Source: Vicugna vicugna (lineage: Eukaryota). From it: a DNA stretch of 50,964 nucleotides. Each line of letters begins with the position of its first letter. Within the stretch, counting starts at the first letter, position 1. The notes beneath the pieces are model-generated. The model was not told the DNA's origin, did not search any database, and saw only the letters and a list, made by a program, of their open reading frames with translations. The DNA lies in assembly GCA_013265495.1 (NCBI GenBank), contig PNXW01019614.1, positions 1 through 50,964 on the forward strand, read 5' to 3'. Positions 13,160 to 25,433 of the stretch are shown here, in pieces. Both the position numbers and the translations under genes were made by a program.

Positions 13160-13628
13160 TCTTTCTTTTTTTCCTAATTTATTTATTTTAAATTGAGGTA
13201 TAATTAGTTACACTGTACCAATTTCTGGTGTACAGCACGGCGCCCCAGTCATGCACATACATACATACACATATTCGTTCTCATATTCTTTTTCATTACA
13301 GGTTATTACAAGATATTGAACACAGTTCCCTGTGCTCTACAGCAGGAACTTTTTTTTTAATCTATTTTTATATATAGTGGCTAACATTTGTAAATCTCAA
13401 ACTCCCAACTTTATCCCTTCCTGCCCCCTTTCCCCAGGTAACCATAATATGGTTTATTGCCTGCGAGTCTGTTTCCATTTTGTAGATGAGTTCCTTAGGG
13501 TCCTCTTTTTTCTTTTTTCTTTTAAGGTTCCACATATGAGTGGTATCGCATGGTAGCTTTCTTTCTCTTTCTGGCTGACTTCACTTCGAATGACATTCTC
13601 CAGGTCCGTCCACGTTGCTGAGAACGCA
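13160..13628 (-). mobile_element. LINE-1 3' end, antisense
   Basis: T-rich tail, then ATTGAGGTATAATT...GGTTATTACAAGATATTGAAC...TTCCACATATGAGTG; ORF 13454..13834(-) contains ATWTDLENVIRSEVSQKEK. Confidence 0.93.
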
Positions 13629-16600
13629 AGTGAGTGTCCTGAGAGTCTACTTTTGCTCAATGCTGTTTGGAAACTATGTCTAGGCTTTAAAATAACAAGG
13701 CAAAAATGACAGTATTTGACTAACACCCCAAGAAATCTTTCTTCCCTTCTGTTCAGCTGGAAGCTGTGTGTATGACTGTGTTTGAAACAAAAGGTACCCT
13801 TTGCTAAGAATATCTCAGGGTACATCCAGCCCATGAAGACTGTGGATACACGACAGCTCCAACCGAAAAGGAAAACAAAACTAATGGGACCACTGATGTG
13901 GGCTTTTAAGTCTCCCCAGACAGTTCTCTGAAACGAAGGCTGTGGACATGACTGAGTGAGAATGCATGTGTCTCCACAGACAGACTCGCATGTGCATCAA
14001 CACAAACACAGACACACACACGTATCCTGTCTTCTCTTTGTGTTGTCGTGTTTACAAGCTGATGGGCTGTGGCTGAAATTAACTCACAAGCAGACACCTC
14101 TGTGGCATCTCAGAAAAAGCAACGGAGATCATGAAAGGATGTTTGAATTAAATGTTCTCACTGCGTTCACGGTATCTCTCACCACTCAAAACATGCTCCA
14201 CTGACAAACGCATCCATTCCCACCTTCTCTCTAATATAACATAATGATAAGTAAAACAAATATAATAGTGTTTCCTACATACAGAAGGACCTGACCTTCA
14301 CGTGTTCCTAGACAGGTTCTCAAAGTAGGTTTTGAGTATTTTCTCAAAGTGGTTTGACCCAGTAGCTCAGGGTGAGCACATCAGAAATAACAGTATCTCA
14401 AGATAAGCAGTATCACCATTAAGGAAATTTGTCTCTTGTTTCTTCGCGGGACACAGCAACCGCGAGGCCTCATCCCTTGTGAGAAACACAACCTCTCAGA
14501 GCTTCTCAGGAAGAAGCTGCCTGACTCAGAGTCCCTGCCGTCTACCCAGCTCTGCAAAGTGACCTAAACACGCCTTCTCTCTCGCTGTGCACAGGTCTCC
14601 CGACTTCATGAGAGATAAAGACAGGAATTCTTTCCCGACAAAGCTCCTCCCTGGAGAAAATGACCTGTCCAGTGTCAACAGCCAGTGGGTGCTGTTACCG
14701 AACTTCAAACTTGGTCTGTCCACAGCAGAGCTTGCTTGTTTTCTCCCTGGACCTGAATGCCCACCCGCCCTTGAGCTGGTGTCTTCTGTTCCTTGGCCCT
14801 GAAAACGCGGAAGCAGTAATGCCTTTGACTCCATGACCTTACTACCTCTTGCATCCTTCCTTCCTTCCTTCAGTCCTCCTCCACAACTCCACCCTCCCCT
14901 CCATCCTGTTCAAGCTTCCATGGCCGCTTCTGCCCCGGAAGAGCACAGCAATCGCAGTCCTTCCAGCCTGCCCGCCTAGCTCTTGTTTCTGCCCCCGAAG
15001 CTAGTCCCAAGGCAGCTGCGCTCTGGCAACAGCGTGGCAGTCACTCCTGCGCTGAAGCTTCAACGAGACCCCAGTGCCTGCAAAAAACTGCAAACTCCTT
15101 AGCTACATCCATTTTTTTTTACTATTATTATTATTATTTTTTCCTCTCCTGTTCACATTTATTAGTCTGCATGACGACCTAGATGATTTAAACACTGGGG
15201 AAACATCTCCAACAGTCACGGTGACCTTTTAGGGTTTGGAGTGCCAAGGATATTTAATGCATTACTCCTCATCCCTCCAGCCACCCTGTAAGACCTGCAT
15301 GTCACCCACATTTTACCGACAGGAAGAGCCAAACTCAGGGGAGTCTGGCGACTTTCCACGGCCCTTAGTCCCTGGTATAACGCCTTCCATAGGCTCATAT
15401 TCTTTACATAGTTATTAAATTACATAACCGTCTCCTCTTCACCTCTGCCTCTTCTGGTAATAACCTTAAGACGCATGATGTTGTAACTTTTTGTTCAAAT
15501 TCTTCATCTTCAGATAAAATGGCTTTTGATTAACTATGAGGACTCGGCCTGTGCCAGGTTCAAAAGTAAGAGGTGCCACCTTCCCTGGGGTCCACACCTT
15601 CTTGATTCAAGACAAAGATGGCCCTTCACCAGCCCACGTGGTAAATTAAAGGCTCCTGCTTGAACTTGAAAGAGCCAGTGAAGGAAACATGATTCTTCTT
15701 GCTGTTCTATTTTATTCCACTCTAGCTGCCTGACTGAAATGGAAATCCTCAGACTAAACATTTAAAACTGTAACAGGTCAAGAATATCAAGGACTTTCTC
15801 GCCATCTTCACTCAGTTTGAAAAAAGAAAGACCATTTGACCAATGTTAAGTAGCACGTGACTGCCTCTGGCCAGGGAGGCTGCCATAATTTCTAAACCTG
15901 TCCTGCCGTCTCTTACAGAGGAGGACTGACGTCAAGCAGCAGTCTTCCTATGTAAGGACATTTGATTAAGATGAATTCCATAAATACTGATTTACAAAAG
16001 TTACCACCGAAATGATGGGCAGCGGATGCCTGTTTTCAAAAACACTATGATTTTCTGAAGATACACTTTCTTATTCTTTGCAAAACTATTCTTATTATCC
16101 TTAAGATATCTACACGTGTAAAATCACACTGAAGTCACATATTCTGAAATTAGTACAGTACACAGGCATACAAAAAATGGATGAATTTGTTTCTTAAAGC
16201 ATTTTATGTTCTTTGATTTTTTAACCTTTGTGAATGTTAATGTGAGCAAAGATTAAAAGTTTTAAGACATTTAAAATAGCTGAACAGGGTGTGGAAACTG
16301 AGACACCGGAGCACACAGCTTATAAACACATCAAGGGAGAAACTGAATAACATAAAAACAGAAATAAAGTTCCTGCTCAACATTAAAGAAAGGGCAAAAC
16401 CATATTAATCAGGTGGAGAGAAAAATAACCCCACGGAAGGTCGTACGTACTTCGAGGGCAGGGCTCGTCAACAGGGCACGATCAGGAGGCGAAGCCCGGC
16501 GTGGGGAACACTTGTCCCAGCTTCTGCAGTGCAGTGCCAGCTGCTGGGACAAGCGTGACCCACAGAAACCAGCAGGACGCATCAAGTAAGCCCCCGGTCA

Positions 16601-17771
16601 GGGCGCAGCGGCAGCGTGTCAGCTCCCTGGACAGCCTCTCGACCTGCAAACGGGCGGTGCGCACTGCCACGGCGACTGGCGTCTGAGGTTTTTTGATACT
16701 ATATCACTGCAAAGCTGCACAGGAGAGAAAGGTCTGTACATCGCTAACTGTGAGGTCAGGACAGAGCTGGCGATATGGTTTCTGGAATTTAAATGTAATT
16801 TCTTATCTTCACCCTATCTGTCTGTTGTGAGGAACTACACAGGATGTCCAGGAAAAGTCAGACACTAGGACGCCAGCCCGGGACTTGACACCCAGTGATG
16901 TTCACTGAGGAAGTAAACTCCCGAATGCCTCGAGGGAGGACCGTGTGTTTGGAGCAGAAACCCCGGCGCAGGGCCCGGAGCTCAGCGTCACTGGAACAAT
17001 GTGAGAAGCCGTCTACAGGGCCCAGTGAAGACGGAAACCCTCTTGACCGGTCAGGAGGGCTTCGAAGCACCGCATCTACTCCCACGACCTCGGTGGGGGA
17101 CACTGGGCTGCTGTGGCGTGGAGGAGAACCAGGCGGACTGCAAGGTGCATGTGCGGTCAGAGCCCGCACTTGTCAGAGAGGACGCTGAGGGAGAAGAACG
17201 GGTCTGAGTGCCCGGGTTTGGCCCAGACTTGCGACTGCTAAGGACACTGCATAGAATGAGGCTGCAGAGTTGAAGGAATTCCTCTGGGCAGTAACAAAAG
17301 CCCCACTTCCAGCAGCAAGGCACGCGACACAGAGGGTACACAGACCAGGATGCAGGAGTTTCCCAAAGCACACCTTCCACCTTCTTAAGGAGGTGGGGTG
17401 AGAGGTTCATAGAGACACGGTTCTACAAACACACGTGGACACACAAACACACCCACATACACATATCCACCCTTTCTGTATGAGCACTTGTGCTAAGTGC
17501 GTATCACTTACCTGCCACACGGATCATGGCTCTCAGCTCGCCTTTTCAGAGCCCCTGCGTGCAACGTACAGCTTATGGTCTCTACAAAGGCGCTGGGAGG
17601 AGGGGTGCAAGTGAGACTGAAATCCAACTCCCCTCCCCCTCACCAGGCCGGCAGTCACGGCCAGTCGTCCCGGGGTGGACAAAGCACGTCCCGGGCAAAG
17701 TGAAAAAGGTGCCTCTCCAAGTAGCCTTCCGGCCCTTCGTGTAATTTATAAAAATGCCCCAGATGGGCTAA

Positions 17772-17945
17772 CGGTGATTAACAATGCTGTATTAGTTTCT
17801 GGTATACGGCACAGTGATTCAGTTTATATGTATATATATTTTCCTTTTCATATTCTTTTTCATTATAGGTTATTACAAGATATTGAATATAATTCCTTGT
17901 GCTATACAGCCGGACCTTATTGTTCATCTGTTGTATATATAGTAG
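17772..17945 (-). mobile_element. LINE-1 3' UTR fragment
   Basis: TTACAATGCTGTATTAGTTTCTGGTATAC...TATAGGTTATTACAAGATATTGAATATAATTCC. Confidence 0.85.
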
Positions 17946-19339
17946 ATATTTGGGTCACTTTAAATTGTGCTGTTTTTAATGTCTTTTTCATCGCTAACAT
18001 TTTTCAAGCCTTTCTTAACTCTTAAAACATATCACAGAAAATTATTTTTTATATTTATGTCTGATAAGTCCAGTAACTGTAGCTTTTATGGCTGTGACTC
18101 TCCTGCGTCTTCTGTTTATTTTGCTGGCTCTCACTTGTGGTATATATTGATAATTTTTTTTTACCTCAAACACATCATTTTTTTGAAGTATAACTTGAAA
18201 AATATCTTAGAAATTATTTACTCCTTATGCGAAGTTTCGTATTTTCAAAAAACCTGTTTCTGCCTATTGCTTACCGAGTTCACTGTCATCCTGGGACTAT
18301 CTCACATTAAATTCTCCATCTGGGGTTTGACCGCACAGATAGCATGAATTCTAGTTGCAAAACCTGTTTAAGGCCAACTCAGATTTTCAAGGGAACCTTT
18401 TTTTCTCCTCTACCCAGGCTCAGGTTAACGAAGACAAGATGGCTTCACTCTTTGTGGACTGAGCTTGCTTCCAGGTGGCTTCCAGGTTTCTGGCTGAGGG
18501 GAGGCTCCTCTCCTCCTCTCCAGCTCCAGCAGAACACAGACTTCACGTCCTTCTACTCTGGGCTGTGCCTCCTTTAGCAGAAAATGGAATTGCACCTTCA
18601 CATACAACTGTAAGGTGAAGTCTAATTTGGGCACCTACCTTTCAAGCTTGCCATTTTCTCTTCTATTATTTAGCATTCTGGGACTTGTCACTGTTCTCCC
18701 AGGTCGTCTGAAGGATGCTTTACATCCTGTCTAGCATCTCAGTTATAGTCATTAGAAGAATCACTGCGATACCCAGACACCTCTGTGCATGCCTTCACGA
18801 TGGCAGCCAGGAACCCAGACTTACAAATGCTTTTCATGTGACATGCCCAGTTAGAAAAATGTACCGCAAAGCAAACACCACAAGGTGGGTTCAGCCCTGA
18901 GAGAGGCCAGTCTGTTCTCTCTGGCCAGTGCAAATAAAAGTGAAAGCTGCTAAGAAAAAGCATCTGGTAGTGCAAAAAAAAAAAAAAGGTCCAAATTACA
19001 TGTAGTGGCTTCTTGCTGCTGCTTAACACTATACTACCGAAACTATTTCTGTTCTTAACCCAGATCCTCTTCTGCAGGCCGATAAACACTGGAGGGTGAC
19101 TGGGCCCCTAAAAACTTGAACATGAGAGATGCAAGGTGACTATGTGAAAGCTAAACTAAAATTTAACACTTGGATCTGAAGTGAACTGGGGCATCCTGCT
19201 GTCCCAGCAGGGGGTCCTTCTACTTCATTCATCTGAAACTCTCGATTCCGTGCTCACCCAGCAACCTCCTGATTCCTACATAAGCCTGTCTGTGAGCAGA
19301 GAGGATGCTGCTCATGCCGACAGGGCTGTTTCTAGTCCA

Positions 19340-19548
19340 GGCTCCAGTCATTTCTCTTGGTATATACATAAATACATATATATATATATACACACACATC
19401 TATTTGTTTTAATATTCTTTTTCATTAAAGGTTATTACAAGATATAGAATATAGTCTCCTGTGCTATACAGAAGAAATTTGTCTTTTTAATCTATTTATA
19501 TATATATATATAGTGGTTATCATTTGCAAATCTCAGACTCCCAAATTA
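19340..19548 (-). mobile_element. LINE-1 3' UTR fragment
   Basis: Same 3' UTR as the 13160-13628 element (AAAGGTTATTACAAGATA...TTTGCAAATCTCAGACTCCCAAATT). Confidence 0.85.
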
Positions 19549-20439
19549 AACTAACGGAGTGGCACTTCAGGTGACCCCCTGGCTCATTCATGAATTTTAA
19601 CTGTCTCTTAGCCCCCTCTCAGTCTAGACGTTGACCAGATCGGTATTTTTCAAATCCAGATTTCCATATTAACAGGTACGCACTGTGCAGTACCATAGTA
19701 TGTGAGAAGTACAGGACACACTCTTGGAACAGTATTTAACAGAAACAGAGGAAAAGACAGTTTCTTTTCCTTATTAAAAGAAGAATAAATCTGTTCTACA
19801 GAATTTAATTCGTCTTAAAACTGAAATTGAAATTTTTAAGAAACCTCGTCAAAGTTGCTACCAACCACCCGCGGCTTTACCACCAGATTCCCTGAGCTGC
19901 TTTGGTGGGAAAGCGGCGAGGCAGTGCTTGGATGACACCACCAGGCACCACTGCCACGTTCGTGTCTTCCACCATCCGGCTGGCTGTTTTGTTAAATGTC
20001 TACGACACCTCCCTTTCTGGTTCTTACTTCCCTCTCTCATTCTGTTGATCAACCTGTTTATAATGCAGAGGAATTCTATTTTGTGTTCACTGTAGCCTGA
20101 CTCTTTGATTTGTTTCTCAGTGTACACCCCTAACCCAGTTCAGTCAATGGGTAAGACACAGAACAGAAACTCAATTATCAGTACCCACAGAAAGTATTTT
20201 GCAGCCAGATCGTGCTATATGAAAATCACACTGAGCCACACTGGAAACATTTATATGAGGTTTCCTCTCAAGGATGGAGCGGAAACTTCTCATGTTTTGC
20301 ACCTTCCTCCTTTGGCTCCGGGGACTAGCGTGGCAGCGATAATTCAGGCTGGGTTTACAATAATGCATCCATCCATCTCCTTAACTGAACTCTTGCCTTG
20401 AGGACACAGTTTAGTCTCCTTAACGTACAGTAAAGCATC

Positions 20440-20800
20440 ACCTGCCTCCAGCTCACTTCCCAGAGCCCCATTTCTTGTCTCCCCTTGCCCTCCATGCGCC
20501 TACCTGCCAGACTGAACTTCTTTCTGTTTCTTAATCACTCCATGCTCATGCTCATGTCAGGGCCTTGGAATTTTATGCTTCCTCTGCCCTGAGCATCCCA
20601 CCCAACTATCATCTGGTAGCTAACTTCACGATTCAGATCTCCACCCGGATGGGAAGCCTTTCCGATTCTACCTGCAAGTCTGGGTTGCATTGCCCTCACT
20701 GGGGGCCTTCGGGGCTCGGTGCTCTGTGCATGCCTCTCACCGCATTTTTGACACTTTGTTACAAAGTCTGTTTGCTTCTCCCTATTCTCCCACAGGCTTC
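20440..20800 (+). mobile_element. Ancient LINE-2 fragment
   Basis: Pyrimidine-rich, with L2-like motifs CAGGGCCTT...CTTCCTCTGCCCTGAG...GGGAAGCCTTTCC. Confidence 0.5.
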
Positions 20801-21974
20801 AGGGTCACTGGCACACTCACTCCCATCCCCCGCTTTCTCCAGCCGCCTCCTCACTGCCGACCCCTCCGGAGCTTTCGGCAGAGAACGCTGACTTCCTTCC
20901 TTTCTCCGGTCCTCCTTCCTTCCTTACAGCACCCACGGTTTAGCAGGGTGCCTGTCCAACACAGAGTGCATGTCCCACCGTCCCCTGCAACTAAGCGTGG
21001 CCGTGGGATGTGAGCAGCAGGCTCATGTGCAATTTTGGGGTCATCTCAAGGACACCTGTCCGGGACTCTCTGTTCACCTTCTCGATGGTGGTGGTGTCAG
21101 TACTGAACGACTCTGCACTGCATGTCACAGCCCTTGCTCAGTACTTCACATACGTTATCTCTGACGTCTGTTTAAAAACACTCCAGCAGACCCCAACCGT
21201 CAGTGTTGATCTACGTTCTGTTTACTTAACTATTATATAAACATGTTAAAACTAGACTCCAGTTTTTTAAATGACAAGTCATGACCCATTAGTGGGTTTC
21301 CACATCAACTTAATGATTTGAGGTCAGACACTTCTTTAAAAATTTTACAGAATAAATTGCATTACAATAGGGCAAGGCAGAGGAAAGAGAAATTACCAGA
21401 AAGTAGTGCTTGCAGTATGCATAAATGGTATTTCATGGAAAGCTTTACTTTGATTAAAAATATATACAAAATGTATAATCTTCAAAACTACATCCCAAAG
21501 GCTGGAACTGCATCCTTCTAAGGTCCCCCGACCCTTGGCTGCACAGCTGCAGTTTGCTCTCACCTGCTTATGTTCCTGGCTCTTCTATTTCCCTCCATCC
21601 TGTCCAGCCCTGAGCCCCACTGGATTGTCACACCCCGGATCCAGAATGGCCCCCGTCCCTGAGTGGTCTGAAGCAGGAAAGATTAGCTTTGGAACAGAGT
21701 GCTTGTGAGGGAGCCCTTCCTTCAGTGACTGCAAGTTCCATTTCTCTGGGGTCACCTACTGTTCCTCAAATGTAGCAACAGGAGTTCAGGCTGTGTACCT
21801 GGGAGCACAAAGATCCAAACGCTTGTTAAATCCTGACCCTGGCTCTCTGGCCCGCCACATCGCGTGAGTGATTACTTTCGATCGTATGTGCTGGGGTTGT
21901 AGGTACATTTCCCCCAGCACGTGCAGCACCTGCAGCCGGTGAGGGATCTCTCCCGCTGTGCGAACTTCAATTTG

Positions 21975-23396
21975 AAATAGCCCAAACCATCTTGAGAAGG
22001 AAGAATGGAGCTGGAGGAACCACATTCTTTGACCTCAGACTACACTACAAAGCTACAGTAATCAAAGCAGTGAGGGACTGGCACACAGACAGACACAGAG
22101 ATCAACGGAACAGGGTAGAGAGCGCTAAAACAAACCCACGCACTTACGGCCAGTTAATCTATGACAAAGGCAGTGAGACTATACAATGGAGAAAAGACAG
22201 CCTCTTCAATAAGTGGTGCTGGGAAAACTGGACAGCTGCCTGTACAAGACTGCCGTTAGGACATTCTCTACCACCACATACAAAAATAAACTCCGAGTGG
22301 ATTGAAGATCTCAATGTAAGACTGGATACTATAAAATTCCCAGAGGAAAACATAGGCAGAACACTCTTTGACATAAATCTCAACAATATCTTTTTGGATT
22401 CATCTCCTAAAGTAAAGGGAATAGAAACAGAATATATAACAAATGGGACCTAATTAAAATTAAAGGCTTTTGCACAGCAAAGGAAACCATCAATAAAGGG
22501 AAAAAACAAACTACTGAATGGGACAAAATACTTGCAAACGATATGACCTGTCAGAGATTAATACCGAAAATATACAAACAGCTCATAGAGCTTAATATCT
22601 AAAAAAAACCAACCCAATTAAAAAATGGGCAGAAGAAATGAACAGACATTTTTCCACAGAGGAAATGCAGATGGTCAACAGGAACACGAGAAGATGCTCT
22701 GCATTGTTAGTCAGCAGAGAAATGCAAATCAAAGCCACAAAGAGGTATCACCTCCACCTGTCAGAATGGCTGTCACCAAAATGTCCACAAATAACAAATG
22801 CTGGTGAGGATGTGGTGAAAAGGGAACCCTTGTGCACTGTTGCGTGTTATGGGATTGGTGCAGCCACTGTGGAAAACACTACAGAGGTTTCTCACAAAAC
22901 TAAAAACAGAATTTCCAAAGGATCCAGCAATTCCACTCCCATGGTAAATATTCTAACAAACCCAAAACACTAATCTGAAAAGATGCACACACATCAATGT
23001 TCACAGCTGCATTATTTACTATTGCCAAGTACTGGAATTACTGCTACCATTGGAAGCAACGTAAGTGTCCATCAACAGATGAAGGGATAAAGAAGATGCG
23101 GCATATACACAACGGAATATTACTCAGCCATGAAGAAGAATGGAATTTTGCCACTTGCAGCAACATGGGTGAACAAGGAGGGCATTATGCTAAGTGAAAT
23201 AAGTTGGAGAAAGACAAACACTGTATGATATCACTTATACGTGGAATCTAAAAAAAAAACCAAGTAGCGCATATAACAAAAGAAGAACCTGACTCACAGA
23301 TACAGAGAACAGAACAGTGGTTACCAGTGGGGAGAGGTGGGGAGGGGCAGGAAAGGGGTAGGAGAGCGGGAGGTACAGACTACTGGGAGTAAGACA
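21975..23396 (+). mobile_element. Older LINE-1: degenerate ORF2 3' third plus 3' UTR
   Basis: ORF 21992..22453 contains YKATVIK...YGQLIYDKG...DSLFNKWCWENW...KINSEWI, classic L1 ORF2; stops and frameshifts follow. Confidence 0.96.
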
Positions 23397-24015
23397 GGAA
23401 TGCAGTTTGGTGCAGCCACTGTGGAAAACAGGATGGAGATTCCTCAAAAGACTAGGAATAGACTTACCATATGACCCAGGAATCCTGCTCCTGGGCATAT
23501 ATCCAGAAGGAACGCTACTTCAAAAAGACACCTGCACCCCAATGTTCATAGCAGCACTATTTACAATAGCCAAAACGTGGAAACAGCCTAAATGTCCATC
23601 AACAGGTGACTGGATAAAGAAGATGTGGTATATTTATACAATGGAATATTACTCAGCCATAAAAACCGACAACATAACGCCATTTGTAGCAACATGGATG
23701 CTCCTGGAGAATGTCATGTCATTCGAAGTAAGCCAGAAAGAGAAAGAAAAATACCATATGAGATCGCTCATATGTGGAATCTAAAAAACAAAAACAAAAA
23801 CAAACAAACAAACAAAAACAAAGCATAATTACAGAACAGAAATAGACTCATGGAAGAGAATACAGACTTGTGGTTACCAGGGGGGTAGAGGGTGGGAAGG
23901 GATAGACTGGGATTTCAAAATTGTAGAATAGATAAACAAGATTACACTGTATAGCACAGGGAAATATACACAAAATGTTATGATAAATCACAGAGAAAAA
24001 AATGTGAAAAAAAAA
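23397..24015 (+). mobile_element. Younger camelid LINE-1 3' end abutting the 3' UTR of the older L1
   Basis: Restarts ORF2 ([25 protein letters not shown]...SQKEKEKYHM); very similar to the 31188-31873 copy. Confidence 0.93.
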
Positions 24016-24202
24016 AGATATCAGATAGCCGAAGTGATAAAAAAAAAACAAACCTGGAGTTTAAAACCGGATGAATTCCAGGCGGGGTTTTGGTCTTGAG
24101 ATGACACTGTAATGGGCTGAGTCTACTGAGGCTCTAGAGACGTAGTGAATGTGTTTTGTGTAGCAAGGACGTGAACTGTAGGGGAGGGTGGCCGGAGGGG
24201 GG

Positions 24203-24678
24203 ACTATGGCGAGCTGAACAACGACCCCCAAAGATGTGCATGTTCTAATTCCTGGAAACTCAATATGTCCCCTTAAATGCCAGAAGAGCCTCTTCAGATG
24301 TGATCTGGTCACGGCTCTTGAGGTCAGATTATTCTCAAGTATCCGAGTGGGCGCAATGTAATCCTAAGGGTCCTTATAAGAGGGAGGGAGGGTGATGCGA
24401 GGGCAGGAGCAGAGCGCAGAGTCAGAGAGAGATCTGAGGACGCCACACAGCTGGCTTCCAACCTGGAGGAAGGGGCCGAAAAGGGAGCAGCCTTTAGAAT
24501 TTGGAAAAGGTGAAAAAAAAAAAAAAGGATTTTCTGCGAAAGCCTCCAAAACGAGCACACCTCTGCCAACACCCTGACGTCAGGAGTCCTGACCTCTAGA
24601 ACCGCGAGGTAATAAATCGGGGAGGCTTCCAGCCACTACGCTTATGGTAATTTGCTACAGCAGCAGGAAGAAACCAAC
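24203..24678 (+). mobile_element. MaLR solo LTR (MLT1-type)
   Basis: CCCCCAAAGATGT...ATTATTCTC...AATGTAATC..AAGGGTCCTTATAAGAGGGAGG...GACCTCTAGAAC..GAGGTAATAAAT...GGTAATTTGCTACAGCAGCA, the typical MLT1 layout. Confidence 0.8.
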
Positions 24679-25326
24679 TTCGGTGCCCCCTACTTAACTT
24701 GACATCATACATCTCTATACATACGCCATGGAAAATCCTGAACTTTCACATTCCATGAAATTCTTACTTAACACAGCAAAGAGCATGCTTCACAAGATGC
24801 AAAAATTAGGTTTTACAACTTTAAAAATCCTAAGAGTGTTTCTCTGCTAACAGTCGTCTTGCGGAAATGTGACAACTGTGACAACATCAAAGTGGAACCT
24901 TCCATCATTTCAAAATGATGAATTTCCCCTTGTAAACCAAAGAAAAAAGTAACTCAATAAAAACACTTTGCCCTTAAATCCTCAGGGCAGTTCCTCCTGA
25001 CTGCATTAGCATCTGAAAGTAAGGCAGGACGGTTTATTTAGACTGCGAATCCATTACTGCAAATGAGAGCGCCCTTCACCAAAGCCCCCCTTTAATTACC
25101 TCCTCAACTTAATCTCAAAAGTCACATGAAGAGTCTTCCTCAAAGGCACTCCAAACCTCACTGGGCGGAAAAAAAACTGTCCACAGCTCAGGCGGGAACG
25201 CATCCTCAGTGCTCAGCGTTATAGCGGGATTTACTCACTCTTCAGGGTTTCTAAGATCCCTGGAAACTCATGATATAATCCCAGCAGAAACACACATGTC
25301 ACAAAGCGTTTCAAAGGAGCTCTTAC

Positions 25327-25433
25327 CTGTGTGACAAGCAGCTCCAAGAGCCTCTCCACGGTCAGCGTCCGGATTTCCAAACGTTTGGGGTCCCATTTTA
25401 ATACGATAGGCGAAGCTGCCGAGGTCATGCTCC
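25327..25433 (-). pseudogene. CTNNA2: Isolated diverged copy of the first coding exon of catenin alpha-2 (CTNNA2); ATG at 25428
   Basis: TGTGTCTCTGCAG|GGAGC ATG...ACACAG|GTAAGA: a 107-nt exon translating MTSAASPIVLKWDPKRLEIRTLTVERLLELLVTQ vs recalled CTNNA2 MTSATSPIILKWDPKSLEIRTLTVERLLEPLVTQ (4 changes). No other CTNNA2 exon seen. Pseudogene status is inferred. Confidence 0.88.

Noticed and set aside
16511..16553. miRNA precursor
   Set aside because: The perfect stem is only 11 bp in a 43-nt span, too short for a pre-miRNA. The same applies to the 9-bp stem CATGCAGAC/GTCTGCATG at ~35441-35470.
21992..23784. Active L1 ORF2 or reverse-transcriptase gene
   Set aside because: Only C-terminal fragments with stops and frameshifts; no endonuclease, RT core, ORF1 or 5' UTR.
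25327..25433. CTNNA1 or CTNNA3 exon
   Set aside because: The N-terminus MTSAxSPIxLKWDPK matches CTNNA2, not CTNNA1 (MTAVHAGNINFKWDPK) or CTNNA3 (MSAETPITLNIDPQ) as recalled.
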